Below the pieces are notes generated by a model. The model did no database searches. It had not been told where the DNA came from and saw nothing but the letters and a program-made list of their open reading frames with translations. 64,000 nt of DNA from Bacteroidales bacterium (GTDB lineage Bacteria; Bacteroidota; Bacteroidia; Bacteroidales; CAIWKO01). Where the stretch lies: contig DAOORA010000018.1 in the NCBI GenBank assembly GCA_035389045.1, positions 1 to 64,000 on the forward strand. The letters run 5' to 3'. Positions 41,494-50,629 of the stretch are shown piece by piece (within the stretch, counting starts at the first letter, position 1; every line of letters starts with the position of its first letter). Made by a program: the position numbers and the translations under genes.

Positions 41494-41527
41494 AATATAT
41501 TCCTCCTGATCATTATTTATTATTAAG

Positions 41528-41848
41528 TTATTTTCTATGATTTGTATCTATTAAATATAAAGGGTATTTCACCGGCTTTGGCAGTGGAGGATCGGGAGGC
41601 AAAATGTTTACAGGCTGTTTTGATTCCGGGATAATATTTTTAACTGAAATATCTTTTAATAGTTCAACTTTGGGCGTAATTTTTATTGTATTTAATTTAG
41701 GTAAAGACGGCTTATAGACATTTGTGTGTATGGGAACCGATTTATTACCCTTAAAAAATCCTTTTTGGGCAGAAACACAATGTATGCTTCCCGAAAAAAA
41801 GAATAACAATAATGTTATTAGTACGATTTTTATGCTTAGTTTTTTCAT
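41528..41848 (-). CDS. Small exported Pro/Lys-rich hypothetical protein
   Basis: Signal peptide ending VSA-Q; SD AGGAGA. Confidence 0.55.
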   Translation of the reverse strand: MKKLSIKIVLITLLLFFFSGSIHCVSAQKGFFKGNKSVPIHTNVYKPSLPKLNTIKITPKVELLKDISVKNIIPESKQPVNILPPDPPLPKPVKYPLYLIDTNHRK

Positions 41849-41889
41849 TTTTTTATCTCCTGTTTTTATGTGTTATTTTTAATATTTAA

Positions 41890-41917
41890 TTCGGTGCAGG
41901 TAAAAACCCGCACCGAA
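41890..41917 (-). terminator. Stem-loop after the first gene of the five-gene operon (partial terminator or mRNA stabiliser)
   Basis: Minus strand TTCGGTGCGGG-loop-CCTGCACCGAA; the G-U pair is only possible on the minus strand; no clear U-tract. Confidence 0.5.
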
Positions 41918-41929
41918 AAACGTTATATT

Positions 41930-42385
41930 TTAATGTAAATCAACAACAGAATTATCCCTGTAAAAAACAATAATTTTAAAATCATAACTATAGGTGGCGG
42001 AAATGCTGTTGTAATTTTTAAGAGTAATTTTCATGTCTCTGGAAGTAAAAGGTGTATATTCTATCATTTCTATATTATCCTCACTGGCACTTTCTGCTAA
42101 TTTATAACCATCATTATCATATAAGTATAAATCCATATCGATTACTCCTTTTTCCAAGGGAAAGGCTACTATGGCGTAATTGTATCCGCTATAAAAAGTT
42201 TTTAAAAAATGTACAGAATTCCCTTTATTAATGTTGAAATCCTGTATTGTGGCCACATCATAATCATACTTGTCTTTCATTAAAACACAAAATTCATGTG
42301 TGGCAACTTCAGACTCATTGTTCTGTGCATAAGTTGCGATAAAGCAACTGAACATTAAAGCTAAAATAATTAGTGACTTTTTCAT
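41930..42385 (-). CDS. Exported protein, PPC-like beta-sandwich
   Basis: Signal peptide ATYA-Q; DMDLYLYDNDGYKLAES; SD GGAGGA. Confidence 0.65.
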   Translation of the reverse strand: MKKSLIILALMFSCFIATYAQNNESEVATHEFCVLMKDKYDYDVATIQDFNINKGNSVHFLKTFYSGYNYAIVAFPLEKGVIDMDLYLYDNDGYKLAESASEDNIEMIEYTPFTSRDMKITLKNYNSISATYSYDFKIIVFYRDNSVVDLH

Positions 42386-42476
42386 TTTTTGGTTCCTCCA
42401 TTTTTTAAATTAATAATTTGTTATATTTGTTTTTTTTAATTTTGTTTTTTTTATTTTATCGGTAATTTTGAATATG

Positions 42477-42507
42477 AATGTTCCGACAATAAGCCCGTGT
42501 TACAAAA
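42477..42507 (-). promoter_or_regulatory. Candidate ECF promoter TTTTGTAACAC-N16-CATT upstream of the five-gene operon
   Basis: Same motif and spacing as 51500-51530. Confidence 0.6.
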
Positions 42508-42592
42508 AAGTGAAAATATTTTTTAATGTTTTGCTAAGTCAATGTTAATCAAATACTTAATTGTTAAGATGTTTTGAATAAATTTTATTACC

Positions 42593-45500
42593 ATGAAAAA
42601 AAATCAAATTGTAATTATGCTTCTTGTGGGTTATTGCGGTTTTTTTAATTCATCACTTTATGCACAATCAATGAAAACGCTTGACAGTCTCATTATTTAT
42701 TATTTTGATAAAGCAGATTATGACAGTGCTCTTTTAATTGCTGAAAAGGCTAAAGTTCAGGCTGAATCTGAGTTTGGAAAAAATGACACTAACTATGCGA
42801 ATGTTTTGAATAATTTTGGTGCGATCTATTATTCATTAGGAGACTATTCCAAAGCGGAATCATATTTTAATGATGCTTTATCCATTAAAAAAAATATACT
42901 TGGAGAAAGACACCCTAATTATGCCCAATCATTACGAAATTTGGGCGAATTATACAAAAATCTTGGTGATTATACAAAAGCAGAAACATTATTTATTAAA
43001 GTTAATGAGATATACAAGGAATATTTCGGTGAAAATAATTTAGAATATTCAAAATCCTTAAGGTCATTAGGCGGTCTTTACTCAAAAACTGGTGATTACA
43101 CTAAAGCAGAACCATTGCTTTTAAAGGAACTTGAAATCCTTAAGAATTTATTAGGTGATAAGAATACAGAATATGCCAGTTCCGTAAATGGGTTAGCATT
43201 ACTTTATAATCGTATGGGTAATAATACTCAAGCTGAAGCATATTATATTCAAGCTATAAATTTGCGAAAAGAAATTTTAGGAGAAAAACATCCCGATTAT
43301 GCCACATCTATAGGGAATTTAGGTCTTTTATATAAAGAAACAGATAGATTTTCTGAAGCAGAACCATTATTAATTCAATCAAAGGATATAATAAAAGAAT
43401 CGTTAGGCATTAATCACCCCGATTATTTAATTACCCTAACTAATTTGGGGACATTGTATCTGGAAATGGGTAATTATGAAAAGGCAGAGCCTTTATTGCT
43501 CGAAGCAAAAAATGGCGGAAAAGAAATACTTGGCGAAAAAAACCCTACCTATGCAACATATATAAACAATATTGAATGCTTATATTCTGAACTAGGTGCT
43601 TATTCTAAATCAGAACCTTTATGCCTTGAAGCCTTAAAGATAAGAAAAGAAGCTTTGGGTGAAAAAAGTATGGACTATACTTATTCATTAAATAATGCCG
43701 GGGCATTATATTATAAAATGGGATATTATGCCAAGGCCTTATTCTTTTTCCTGAAAGTGAAAGATAATCTCAAGAAAATCCTTGGAGATAAACATAATAC
43801 TTATGCAAGTATCTTATCAAACCTTGGCACGTTATACGAAACAATGGGGAATAATGATGAAGCGGAGCAATGCTTGCTTCAGGCATTGTCTATTAAAAAT
43901 ACAACTTCGGGAGACCAAAGCATAGATTATTCTACGTCTTTAAACAATTTAGCTACATTTTATTTTACTATTGGAGATTATACAAAGGCAGAACTGTATT
44001 TTATTCAGGCATTAAATATTCGCAAAAATAAACTTGGTGAAAAAAATCTAAAATATGCCACTTCATTGCATAATCTTGGAGTTTTGTACTCAGAAATGGG
44101 ACAAATGGATAAAGCCGAGAAAATGTTCACAGAAGCCGCAGGTATCAGGAAAGAGATTTCTGGTGTATTAAATGATGACTATGCTACTACTTTGAATAGT
44201 ATAGCGAAGATCTATCAAGCAAGAGGAAAATCATCATTGACAAAAGATATGCAATTAGAAGATTTCTCTAAAGCGGAAAAAATGTTTCTTGAGTCGTTAA
44301 ACATTCGCAAAGAAAAACTGGGTGTGAAAAATACCGGTTATGCCTTATCCTTAAATAATTTAGCAGCATTATACGTAAATATAGGTAATTCAGTATCAAT
44401 TAAAGACAGTTCCCTGCCTAACTACATAAAAGCAGAATCATTATATGTTGAGGCAAAAAACATTTACAGAGATGTTCTTGGAGAAAAAAACTCAAATTAT
44501 GCTATTGTATTAAATAATTTAGCGCTATTATATCAGTCAATGTGCAGATATAAGGATGCATTCCTTTCCTTTTCCGAATTTTTAAAAATACAATATTATA
44601 ATATTCAGAATAATTTCAGCTTCATGAGCGGAATTGAAAAAGAAAAATACTTAGAAACACTTAAAAAGGATTTCAATAATTATAATGCATTTGTCTCTAA
44701 AGCATATAAAGAAACACCTGAAATCACAAAAGAGGATTATAATTATTACCTTGTCATAAAAGGCATACTTTTAAACAGCAGCATTCAGATGCAGGATAAT
44801 ATTACAGGAAGTGGCGATACCCTTCTAATCCGAATGTATAAAGACTGGATGGATCAGAAACTTTGGATTGCAAACTTACAGCAAATGAGTAGTTCGAAAA
44901 TTCGGAAAATGGGCTATAACATTGATTCTTTAGAGAATGTGACAAATACTATTGAAAAAGAATTATCCAAAAAATCAAGTTTTTTTGCTAAAGAAAGGGA
45001 ATCACAGCAACTCTTCTGGGAGGATATACAAAAAAATTTGAAAATTACTGATGCTGCAATTGAGATTGCAAATTACAAGACTGCACCAATTAATAAATTC
45101 GATGAGAATGGCAATCATATAAAAGGAGAAGATACTTCCATGTATTATGCTCTTATAATTAGGCCTGGATATTCACAACCTGAGATGAAATTTTTGTTTG
45201 AACAAAAGCAATTAGACTCAGTCCTTAATCTTGCAGCAGGTGACGATAAACAGATAACAAATCAACTTTATGCAGGCAATGAAATAAATGTAAACAATTC
45301 AGAAAAGGGGAAATATCTTGCATCTAAACTATATGAGCTGATATGGAAACCTATAGAACCATTAATGAATGGTGTCAGCACTATTTATTATTCTCCATCA
45401 GGGCTACTGCATAAAATTTCTTTTGCGGCATTATACACTCCCGACAATATGTATTTATCAGACAAATACAATCTGGTTCAATTGAGCAGCACTAGAGAAA

Positions 45501-46321
45501 TCATTAAGATAAAAACACAGAAGGATTATATCACTCAGGCCGATTCGGCTTTGGTATTTGGGGGAATTAATTACAACCAGATGTATGCAAAAGAAGATAC
45601 AGCGGAGAATAAAAACATGCTCGCATTCAGCCGCGGGATTCAAATTCCGGACGATAGCTCACGGACTGCAATTTGGGGATATCTGAAAGGATCAATGAAG
45701 GAAGCACAATATATCGACAGCCTTTTCAGGAAGAACAAAGTAGTTACCGCTTTTTACAGCGACAGCAATGCAACTGAGGGTTTGTTTAAAAACATTTCAG
45801 GGAAAGCGCCTCGGATCATTCATATTTCCACTCATGGTTTCTTTTTCCCTGATCCGGTGAAGAAAGATATGGTAGCGGAAATAGGCCAGCAAACATTTGT
45901 TTTTTCAGAGAATCCACTATTAAGAACAGGATTGATACTTGCCGGCGGTAATAATGTTTGGGCGGGAGAAGAACCGGTTATGGGAAAAGACGACGGCATA
46001 CTCACCGCTTATGAAGTTTCAAATATGGACCTGTCCAATACAAAACTTCTTGTTCTTTCAGCTTGCCAGACTGGCCTTGGAGATATTAAAGGAAACGAAG
46101 GCGTTTTCGGGTTGCAGAGGGCATTTAAAATGGCAGGGGTAGATTATATCATAATGAGTTTATGGTCGGTTCCTGATAAAGAAACTACGGAATTTATGCA
46201 ACTATTCTATACAAACTGCACAAAAAAACAGACTATCCGTGAAGCCTTTACCAATGCCCAGGCAAAGATGCGGAAGAAATATGATCCTTATTACTGGGCG
46301 GCGTTTGCACTGATGGAATAA
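42593..46321 (+). CDS. Exported TPR-CHAT caspase-like protease 1
   Basis: Signal peptide SLYA-Q; many 42-aa TPRs (LGEKHPDYATS..NL); CHAT dyad IHISTHGFF / VLSACQTG; end PYYWAAF. Confidence 0.93.
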   Translation: MKKNQIVIMLLVGYCGFFNSSLYAQSMKTLDSLIIYYFDKADYDSALLIAEKAKVQAESEFGKNDTNYANVLNNFGAIYYSLGDYSKAESYFNDALSIKKNILGERHPNYAQSLRNLGELYKNLGDYTKAETLFIKVNEIYKEYFGENNLEYSKSLRSLGGLYSKTGDYTKAEPLLLKELEILKNLLGDKNTEYASSVNGLALLYNRMGNNTQAEAYYIQAINLRKEILGEKHPDYATSIGNLGLLYKETDRFSEAEPLLIQSKDIIKESLGINHPDYLITLTNLGTLYLEMGNYEKAEPLLLEAKNGGKEILGEKNPTYATYINNIECLYSELGAYSKSEPLCLEALKIRKEALGEKSMDYTYSLNNAGALYYKMGYYAKALFFFLKVKDNLKKILGDKHNTYASILSNLGTLYETMGNNDEAEQCLLQALSIKNTTSGDQSIDYSTSLNNLATFYFTIGDYTKAELYFIQALNIRKNKLGEKNLKYATSLHNLGVLYSEMGQMDKAEKMFTEAAGIRKEISGVLNDDYATTLNSIAKIYQARGKSSLTKDMQLEDFSKAEKMFLESLNIRKEKLGVKNTGYALSLNNLAALYVNIGNSVSIKDSSLPNYIKAESLYVEAKNIYRDVLGEKNSNYAIVLNNLALLYQSMCRYKDAFLSFSEFLKIQYYNIQNNFSFMSGIEKEKYLETLKKDFNNYNAFVSKAYKETPEITKEDYNYYLVIKGILLNSSIQMQDNITGSGDTLLIRMYKDWMDQKLWIANLQQMSSSKIRKMGYNIDSLENVTNTIEKELSKKSSFFAKERESQQLFWEDIQKNLKITDAAIEIANYKTAPINKFDENGNHIKGEDTSMYYALIIRPGYSQPEMKFLFEQKQLDSVLNLAAGDDKQITNQLYAGNEINVNNSEKGKYLASKLYELIWKPIEPLMNGVSTIYYSPSGLLHKISFAALYTPDNMYLSDKYNLVQLSSTREIIKIKTQKDYITQADSALVFGGINYNQMYAKEDTAENKNMLAFSRGIQIPDDSSRTAIWGYLKGSMKEAQYIDSLFRKNKVVTAFYSDSNATEGLFKNISGKAPRIIHISTHGFFFPDPVKKDMVAEIGQQTFVFSENPLLRTGLILAGGNNVWAGEEPVMGKDDGILTAYEVSNMDLSNTKLLVLSACQTGLGDIKGNEGVFGLQRAFKMAGVDYIIMSLWSVPDKETTEFMQLFYTNCTKKQTIREAFTNAQAKMRKKYDPYYWAAFALME
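45716..46293 (+). repeat. 578-bp direct repeat, copy 1 (CHAT catalytic core)
   Basis: No mismatch seen by eye against 49154-49731 (offset 3438). Confidence 0.9.
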
Positions 46322-46393
46322 GCGGTAATTTCAAAAATAACATTACAAACAATAATTCAATAACTGTAGGTTATAAACTTAAATCCAAGGGGC

Positions 46394-49300
46394 ATGAAAA
46401 AAGTATTTTGTCTTCTAATCTTCGTTTACTCATTCTTTATTAATAATTCATCGTTTTGCCAAACTTGGCAACAGTTCGATTCCCTCCGAGCAGTATACAT
46501 GGAAAAGCAAAGTTACGACACAGCATTAGTAAATGCTGAGAAAGCACTACAGGCTGTAAAAGAAAAAGTTGGGGAAAACGATACTTTGTATGCAAATATT
46601 CTCTCATATTTATTAGAAATAAACTATTATATGGGAAACTATTCAAAGGCAATTGAATACGGCGAAAAGGAAAAGAAAATAAGAAAAAAAATTCAAGGCG
46701 AGAAACATCCTGCTTATGCCACAGCTATAAATAATCTTGCCATTGTTTATACAGGAATGGGCAATTACGACGCGGCAGAGTCCTTATACATTGAATCAAA
46801 GAACATTTGTAAAGAAGTTCTGGGAGAAAAACATCCCGATTATGCAATATCTTTAAACAATCTTGCCAATTTATACTATGCGATGGGCAAGTACGCAGCA
46901 ACTGAGACTTTGTATCTCGAATCAAATAAAATATTGAAAGAAGCTTTCGGTGAGAAACACATTAAATATGCTGGGTCATTAAACAATATGGCTATGTTTT
47001 ACTATAACACTGGTAATTACACTGCGGCCAAGCCTTTGTTAATTGAAGCTAAAAACATCTTTAAAGAAGTTTTGGGCACAAAACATCCTGATTATGCAAC
47101 CTCATTAAATAATGTAGCTTCATTATATGTTGATATGGGAAATTTCGTGGAAGCTGAGCCTATGGAGATTGAAGCAAAGAATATCCGCAAAGAGATTCTG
47201 GGAGAAAGACACCCTGATTATGCGATATCTTTAAACAATCTTGCCTATTTATACCAATCTATGGGCAATTATTTAGCTGCTGAACCATTGTTGGCTGAAG
47301 CAATGAACATTCGTAAAGAAGTGCAGGGCGAAAAAAGTGCTGATTATGCAAGTTCATTAAATAATCTCGCCTCAATATATGATTGTTTGGGTAATTTCTC
47401 TGCAACTGAGATTTTGTATATTGAGGCGAGAAACATCAGAAAAGAATTATTTGGTGAAAAAAACATTAAGTATGCAGGTTCTCTAAATAATCTCGCATAT
47501 TTATATACCAAGATGGGTAATTACTTTGCAGCTGAGCCTTTGTTTATTGAAGCAATGAATATACGCAAAGAAGTTTTGGGTGAGAAACACCCTGATTATG
47601 CTACTTCCTTAAACAATCTCGCCTCATTATATGACAACATGGGCAATTATCCTGTAGCTGAGACTTTATTTATCGAAGCAATGAACATACGCAAAGAAGT
47701 GTTGGGTGAGAAACACCCTGATTATGCTGCTTCCTTAAACAATCTTGCCGTATTATATCATAAGATGGGCAATTATGTTGCTGCCGAGCCTTTGTATGTC
47801 GAGGCGATGAATATTTGTAAAGAAATACTGGGCGAAAAACACCCTGATTATGCACGATCTTTAAACAATCTTGCCGAATTTTACAGAGCTATTGGAAAAT
47901 ATGATGCGGCTGAACCCTTGTATCTTGAGGCAAAGAACATATTTAAAGAAGTGCTGGGTGAAAAGCATCCTTATTATGCTATATCCTTAAACAATCTTGC
48001 AGGATTATATTTTGAAAATAGCAATTACCCTTTGGCCGAGCCTTTGTATCTTGAAACTATTCATATCACATTATATAATATTGAACAACAATTTAGTTTT
48101 TTATCTGAATTCGAAAAAGAAAAATATCTAGCAACTGTAAAGAAAAACTTCCATACATGCCAAAGTTTCATTATACAGCGCAAAAATAAAAACCCAGGCA
48201 TCACAACTGAAGCTTATAATATTGAATTAGCAACAAAAGGTCTATTACTTGGCTCAGGTAAGCAAATGCGCCAAAGTATAATGAGGGGAGGAGATACAGT
48301 TTCTATTAAAATATACAATCATTGGATGTCATCAAAAGGGACATTATCCAACCAATATTCCTTGCAAATATCCAAGCGTACACTTGATACAAGAGTCCTT
48401 GAAGAAGAAACAAATAAATTAGAAAAGGAACTGGTCCGCATTTCACAAGTTTATTCACAAGGGCAATTGCTTCTCAAAACACATTGGGAAGATATCTTTA
48501 AATGTTTAGAAAACGAAGAAGCTACCATTGAATTTGCTTCCTTTAACTATTACAATAAAGGTCAAAAAACAGACAGCATATTATATTGTGCGCTTATTGT
48601 CCGCTCTGAATATACGCAACCTGAAATGGTTTATCTGTTTGAGCAAAAACAGTTGGATAGTCTCATGTCCATACCCGGAAAAGATAAAGAAATTGCCGGC
48701 AATTTATATTCAAACACCGGGTCTCAAATAAATAAAGGTACAAATGACAATAGCTGTTCCGGAAACTTATATAAATTAATTTGGGAACCAATAGACAGCC
48801 TGCTTCAGGGAGTTAAAACCATTTATTATTCGCCCTCAGGTTCATTGCATAAAATTTCCTTTGCCGCATTAAACACTCCCGATAATATGTATTTATCAGA
48901 CAAATACAATCTGGTTCAATTGGGCAGCACAAGAGAAATAATAAAGTTAAAAACACAGAAGGATTATATCGTTCAGACCGATTCTGCCCTGGTGTTTGGT
49001 GGTATTAATTACAACCAGATGTATGCAAAAGTAGACACTGCGGGGAATAAAAACATGCTCGCATTCAGCTGCGGGACTCAAATCCCGAACGATAGCTCAC
49101 GAAGTGCAATTTGGGGATATCTGAAAGGATCAATGAAAGAAGCAAAATATGTTGACAGCCTTTTCAGGAAGAACAAAGTAGTTACCGCTTTTTACAGCGA
49201 CAGCAATGCAACTGAGGGTTTGTTTAAAAACATTTCAGGGAAAGCGCCTCGGATCATTCATATTTCCACTCATGGTTTCTTTTTCCCTGATCCGGTGAAG

Positions 49301-49759
49301 AAAGATATGGTAGCGGAAATAGGCCAGCAAACATTTGTTTTTTCAGAGAATCCACTATTAAGAACAGGATTGATACTTGCCGGCGGTAATAATGTTTGGG
49401 CGGGAGAAGAACCGGTTATGGGAAAAGACGACGGCATACTCACCGCTTATGAAGTTTCAAATATGGACCTGTCCAATACAAAACTTCTTGTTCTTTCAGC
49501 TTGCCAGACTGGCCTTGGAGATATTAAAGGAAACGAAGGCGTTTTCGGGTTGCAGAGGGCATTTAAAATGGCAGGGGTAGATTATATCATAATGAGTTTA
49601 TGGTCGGTTCCTGATAAAGAAACTACGGAATTTATGCAACTATTCTATACAAACTGCACAAAAAAACAGACTATCCGTGAAGCCTTTACCAATGCCCAGG
49701 CAAAGATGCGGAAGAAATATGATCCTTATTATTGGGCGGCGTTTGTACTTATGGAATAG
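46394..49759 (+). CDS. Exported TPR-CHAT caspase-like protease 2
   Basis: Signal peptide SFC-Q; regular 42-aa TPRs; same His/Cys dyad. Confidence 0.93.
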   Translation: MKKVFCLLIFVYSFFINNSSFCQTWQQFDSLRAVYMEKQSYDTALVNAEKALQAVKEKVGENDTLYANILSYLLEINYYMGNYSKAIEYGEKEKKIRKKIQGEKHPAYATAINNLAIVYTGMGNYDAAESLYIESKNICKEVLGEKHPDYAISLNNLANLYYAMGKYAATETLYLESNKILKEAFGEKHIKYAGSLNNMAMFYYNTGNYTAAKPLLIEAKNIFKEVLGTKHPDYATSLNNVASLYVDMGNFVEAEPMEIEAKNIRKEILGERHPDYAISLNNLAYLYQSMGNYLAAEPLLAEAMNIRKEVQGEKSADYASSLNNLASIYDCLGNFSATEILYIEARNIRKELFGEKNIKYAGSLNNLAYLYTKMGNYFAAEPLFIEAMNIRKEVLGEKHPDYATSLNNLASLYDNMGNYPVAETLFIEAMNIRKEVLGEKHPDYAASLNNLAVLYHKMGNYVAAEPLYVEAMNICKEILGEKHPDYARSLNNLAEFYRAIGKYDAAEPLYLEAKNIFKEVLGEKHPYYAISLNNLAGLYFENSNYPLAEPLYLETIHITLYNIEQQFSFLSEFEKEKYLATVKKNFHTCQSFIIQRKNKNPGITTEAYNIELATKGLLLGSGKQMRQSIMRGGDTVSIKIYNHWMSSKGTLSNQYSLQISKRTLDTRVLEEETNKLEKELVRISQVYSQGQLLLKTHWEDIFKCLENEEATIEFASFNYYNKGQKTDSILYCALIVRSEYTQPEMVYLFEQKQLDSLMSIPGKDKEIAGNLYSNTGSQINKGTNDNSCSGNLYKLIWEPIDSLLQGVKTIYYSPSGSLHKISFAALNTPDNMYLSDKYNLVQLGSTREIIKLKTQKDYIVQTDSALVFGGINYNQMYAKVDTAGNKNMLAFSCGTQIPNDSSRSAIWGYLKGSMKEAKYVDSLFRKNKVVTAFYSDSNATEGLFKNISGKAPRIIHISTHGFFFPDPVKKDMVAEIGQQTFVFSENPLLRTGLILAGGNNVWAGEEPVMGKDDGILTAYEVSNMDLSNTKLLVLSACQTGLGDIKGNEGVFGLQRAFKMAGVDYIIMSLWSVPDKETTEFMQLFYTNCTKKQTIREAFTNAQAKMRKKYDPYYWAAFVLME
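49154..49731 (+). repeat. 578-bp direct repeat, copy 2
   Basis: Matches 45716-46293. Confidence 0.9.
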
Positions 49760-49782
49760 AAACCCCGCCCCAGAGAATGGAT

Positions 49783-50616
49783 TTATTTCGTTATTTTAAA
49801 CTTTCCGGTATGCGGGTACTCAATATCTTCTGATGGAATTACGCGCCAGTAATAAAGGCCGGGAATTAAGGTAGGGGATTGAAAATAAAATTCCGCTGTC
49901 CATTTAATGCCTTTTATATTATCCTCTTCATGAATTTTATTCCCTTTATTATCATAGACCACTATTTTGTACAATAAATCCTTGTAATTACTCCGCCATT
50001 TGAAACATATTTTTTCTCCTGATTTGAACTTTGCATCATTAGCAGGAAGAGGGTCAATTAATAAGAATTTTTGTTGTGCTCCTCCACGTATTTCCGCAAA
50101 AGCAAGTTCATCATTAATAGAACTATCTAAAACAGGGTTACTTGCATAACTGGGTTCAGCAGCCTGTTGTTGCTGTTTTATTATTTCCGGGTTATTGGCG
50201 AAATTTTTCGGTTCTTTAATTTCTTTATTTTGTTTACGAACCGGATTTTTGATTTTTTTTCTTTCAATTTTACTTAGGTCTCTGAGAGATTTATTTTCTG
50301 ATTCTCTCTGGTAATATTTCGGTACAAAAATAATTGCCAGTGTCGCTAAAGCTGCAGCAACTGCAATTGCAGTATATAAATAATAAACCCTATTTCTTTT
50401 TTTGCTTTTTATGACTGGTTTGTTAATATTGTAAATGATTTCTTTCTCAGCGTTTGTCTGTATCGTCTCAATAATTGTCCGTATTTGATCTAACTCTTCC
50501 ATACATGATTCACAGAAAAATAAATGCTCTTCAAAAGCATCAGCTTCGGCAGAATTAAGTTTTCCCAGAAGGTATTTCTCAACAATTACTTTTTCGGTTA
50601 TTTCTTTGTGATCCAT
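49783..50616 (-). CDS. Zinc-binding (ZAS/zf-HC2) membrane anti-sigma factor with periplasmic Ig-like domain
   Basis: EKYLLGKL...FEEHLFFCESC (HxxxCxxC); TM YLYTAIAVAAALATLAIIFV; C-terminal FKW...YKIVVYD...PGLYYWRV; 13 nt downstream of the sigma gene. Confidence 0.8.
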   Translation of the reverse strand: MDHKEITEKVIVEKYLLGKLNSAEADAFEEHLFFCESCMEELDQIRTIIETIQTNAEKEIIYNINKPVIKSKKRNRVYYLYTAIAVAAALATLAIIFVPKYYQRESENKSLRDLSKIERKKIKNPVRKQNKEIKEPKNFANNPEIIKQQQQAAEPSYASNPVLDSSINDELAFAEIRGGAQQKFLLIDPLPANDAKFKSGEKICFKWRSNYKDLLYKIVVYDNKGNKIHEEDNIKGIKWTAEFYFQSPTLIPGLYYWRVIPSEDIEYPHTGKFKITK

Positions 50617-50629
50617 CTTTCTGGTTACA

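Noticed and set aside
45716..49731. Repeat pair as a diversity-generating retroelement TR/VR
   Set aside because: Both copies are coding and identical in the core, flanking differences are not adenine-specific, and there is no reverse transcriptase in the window.
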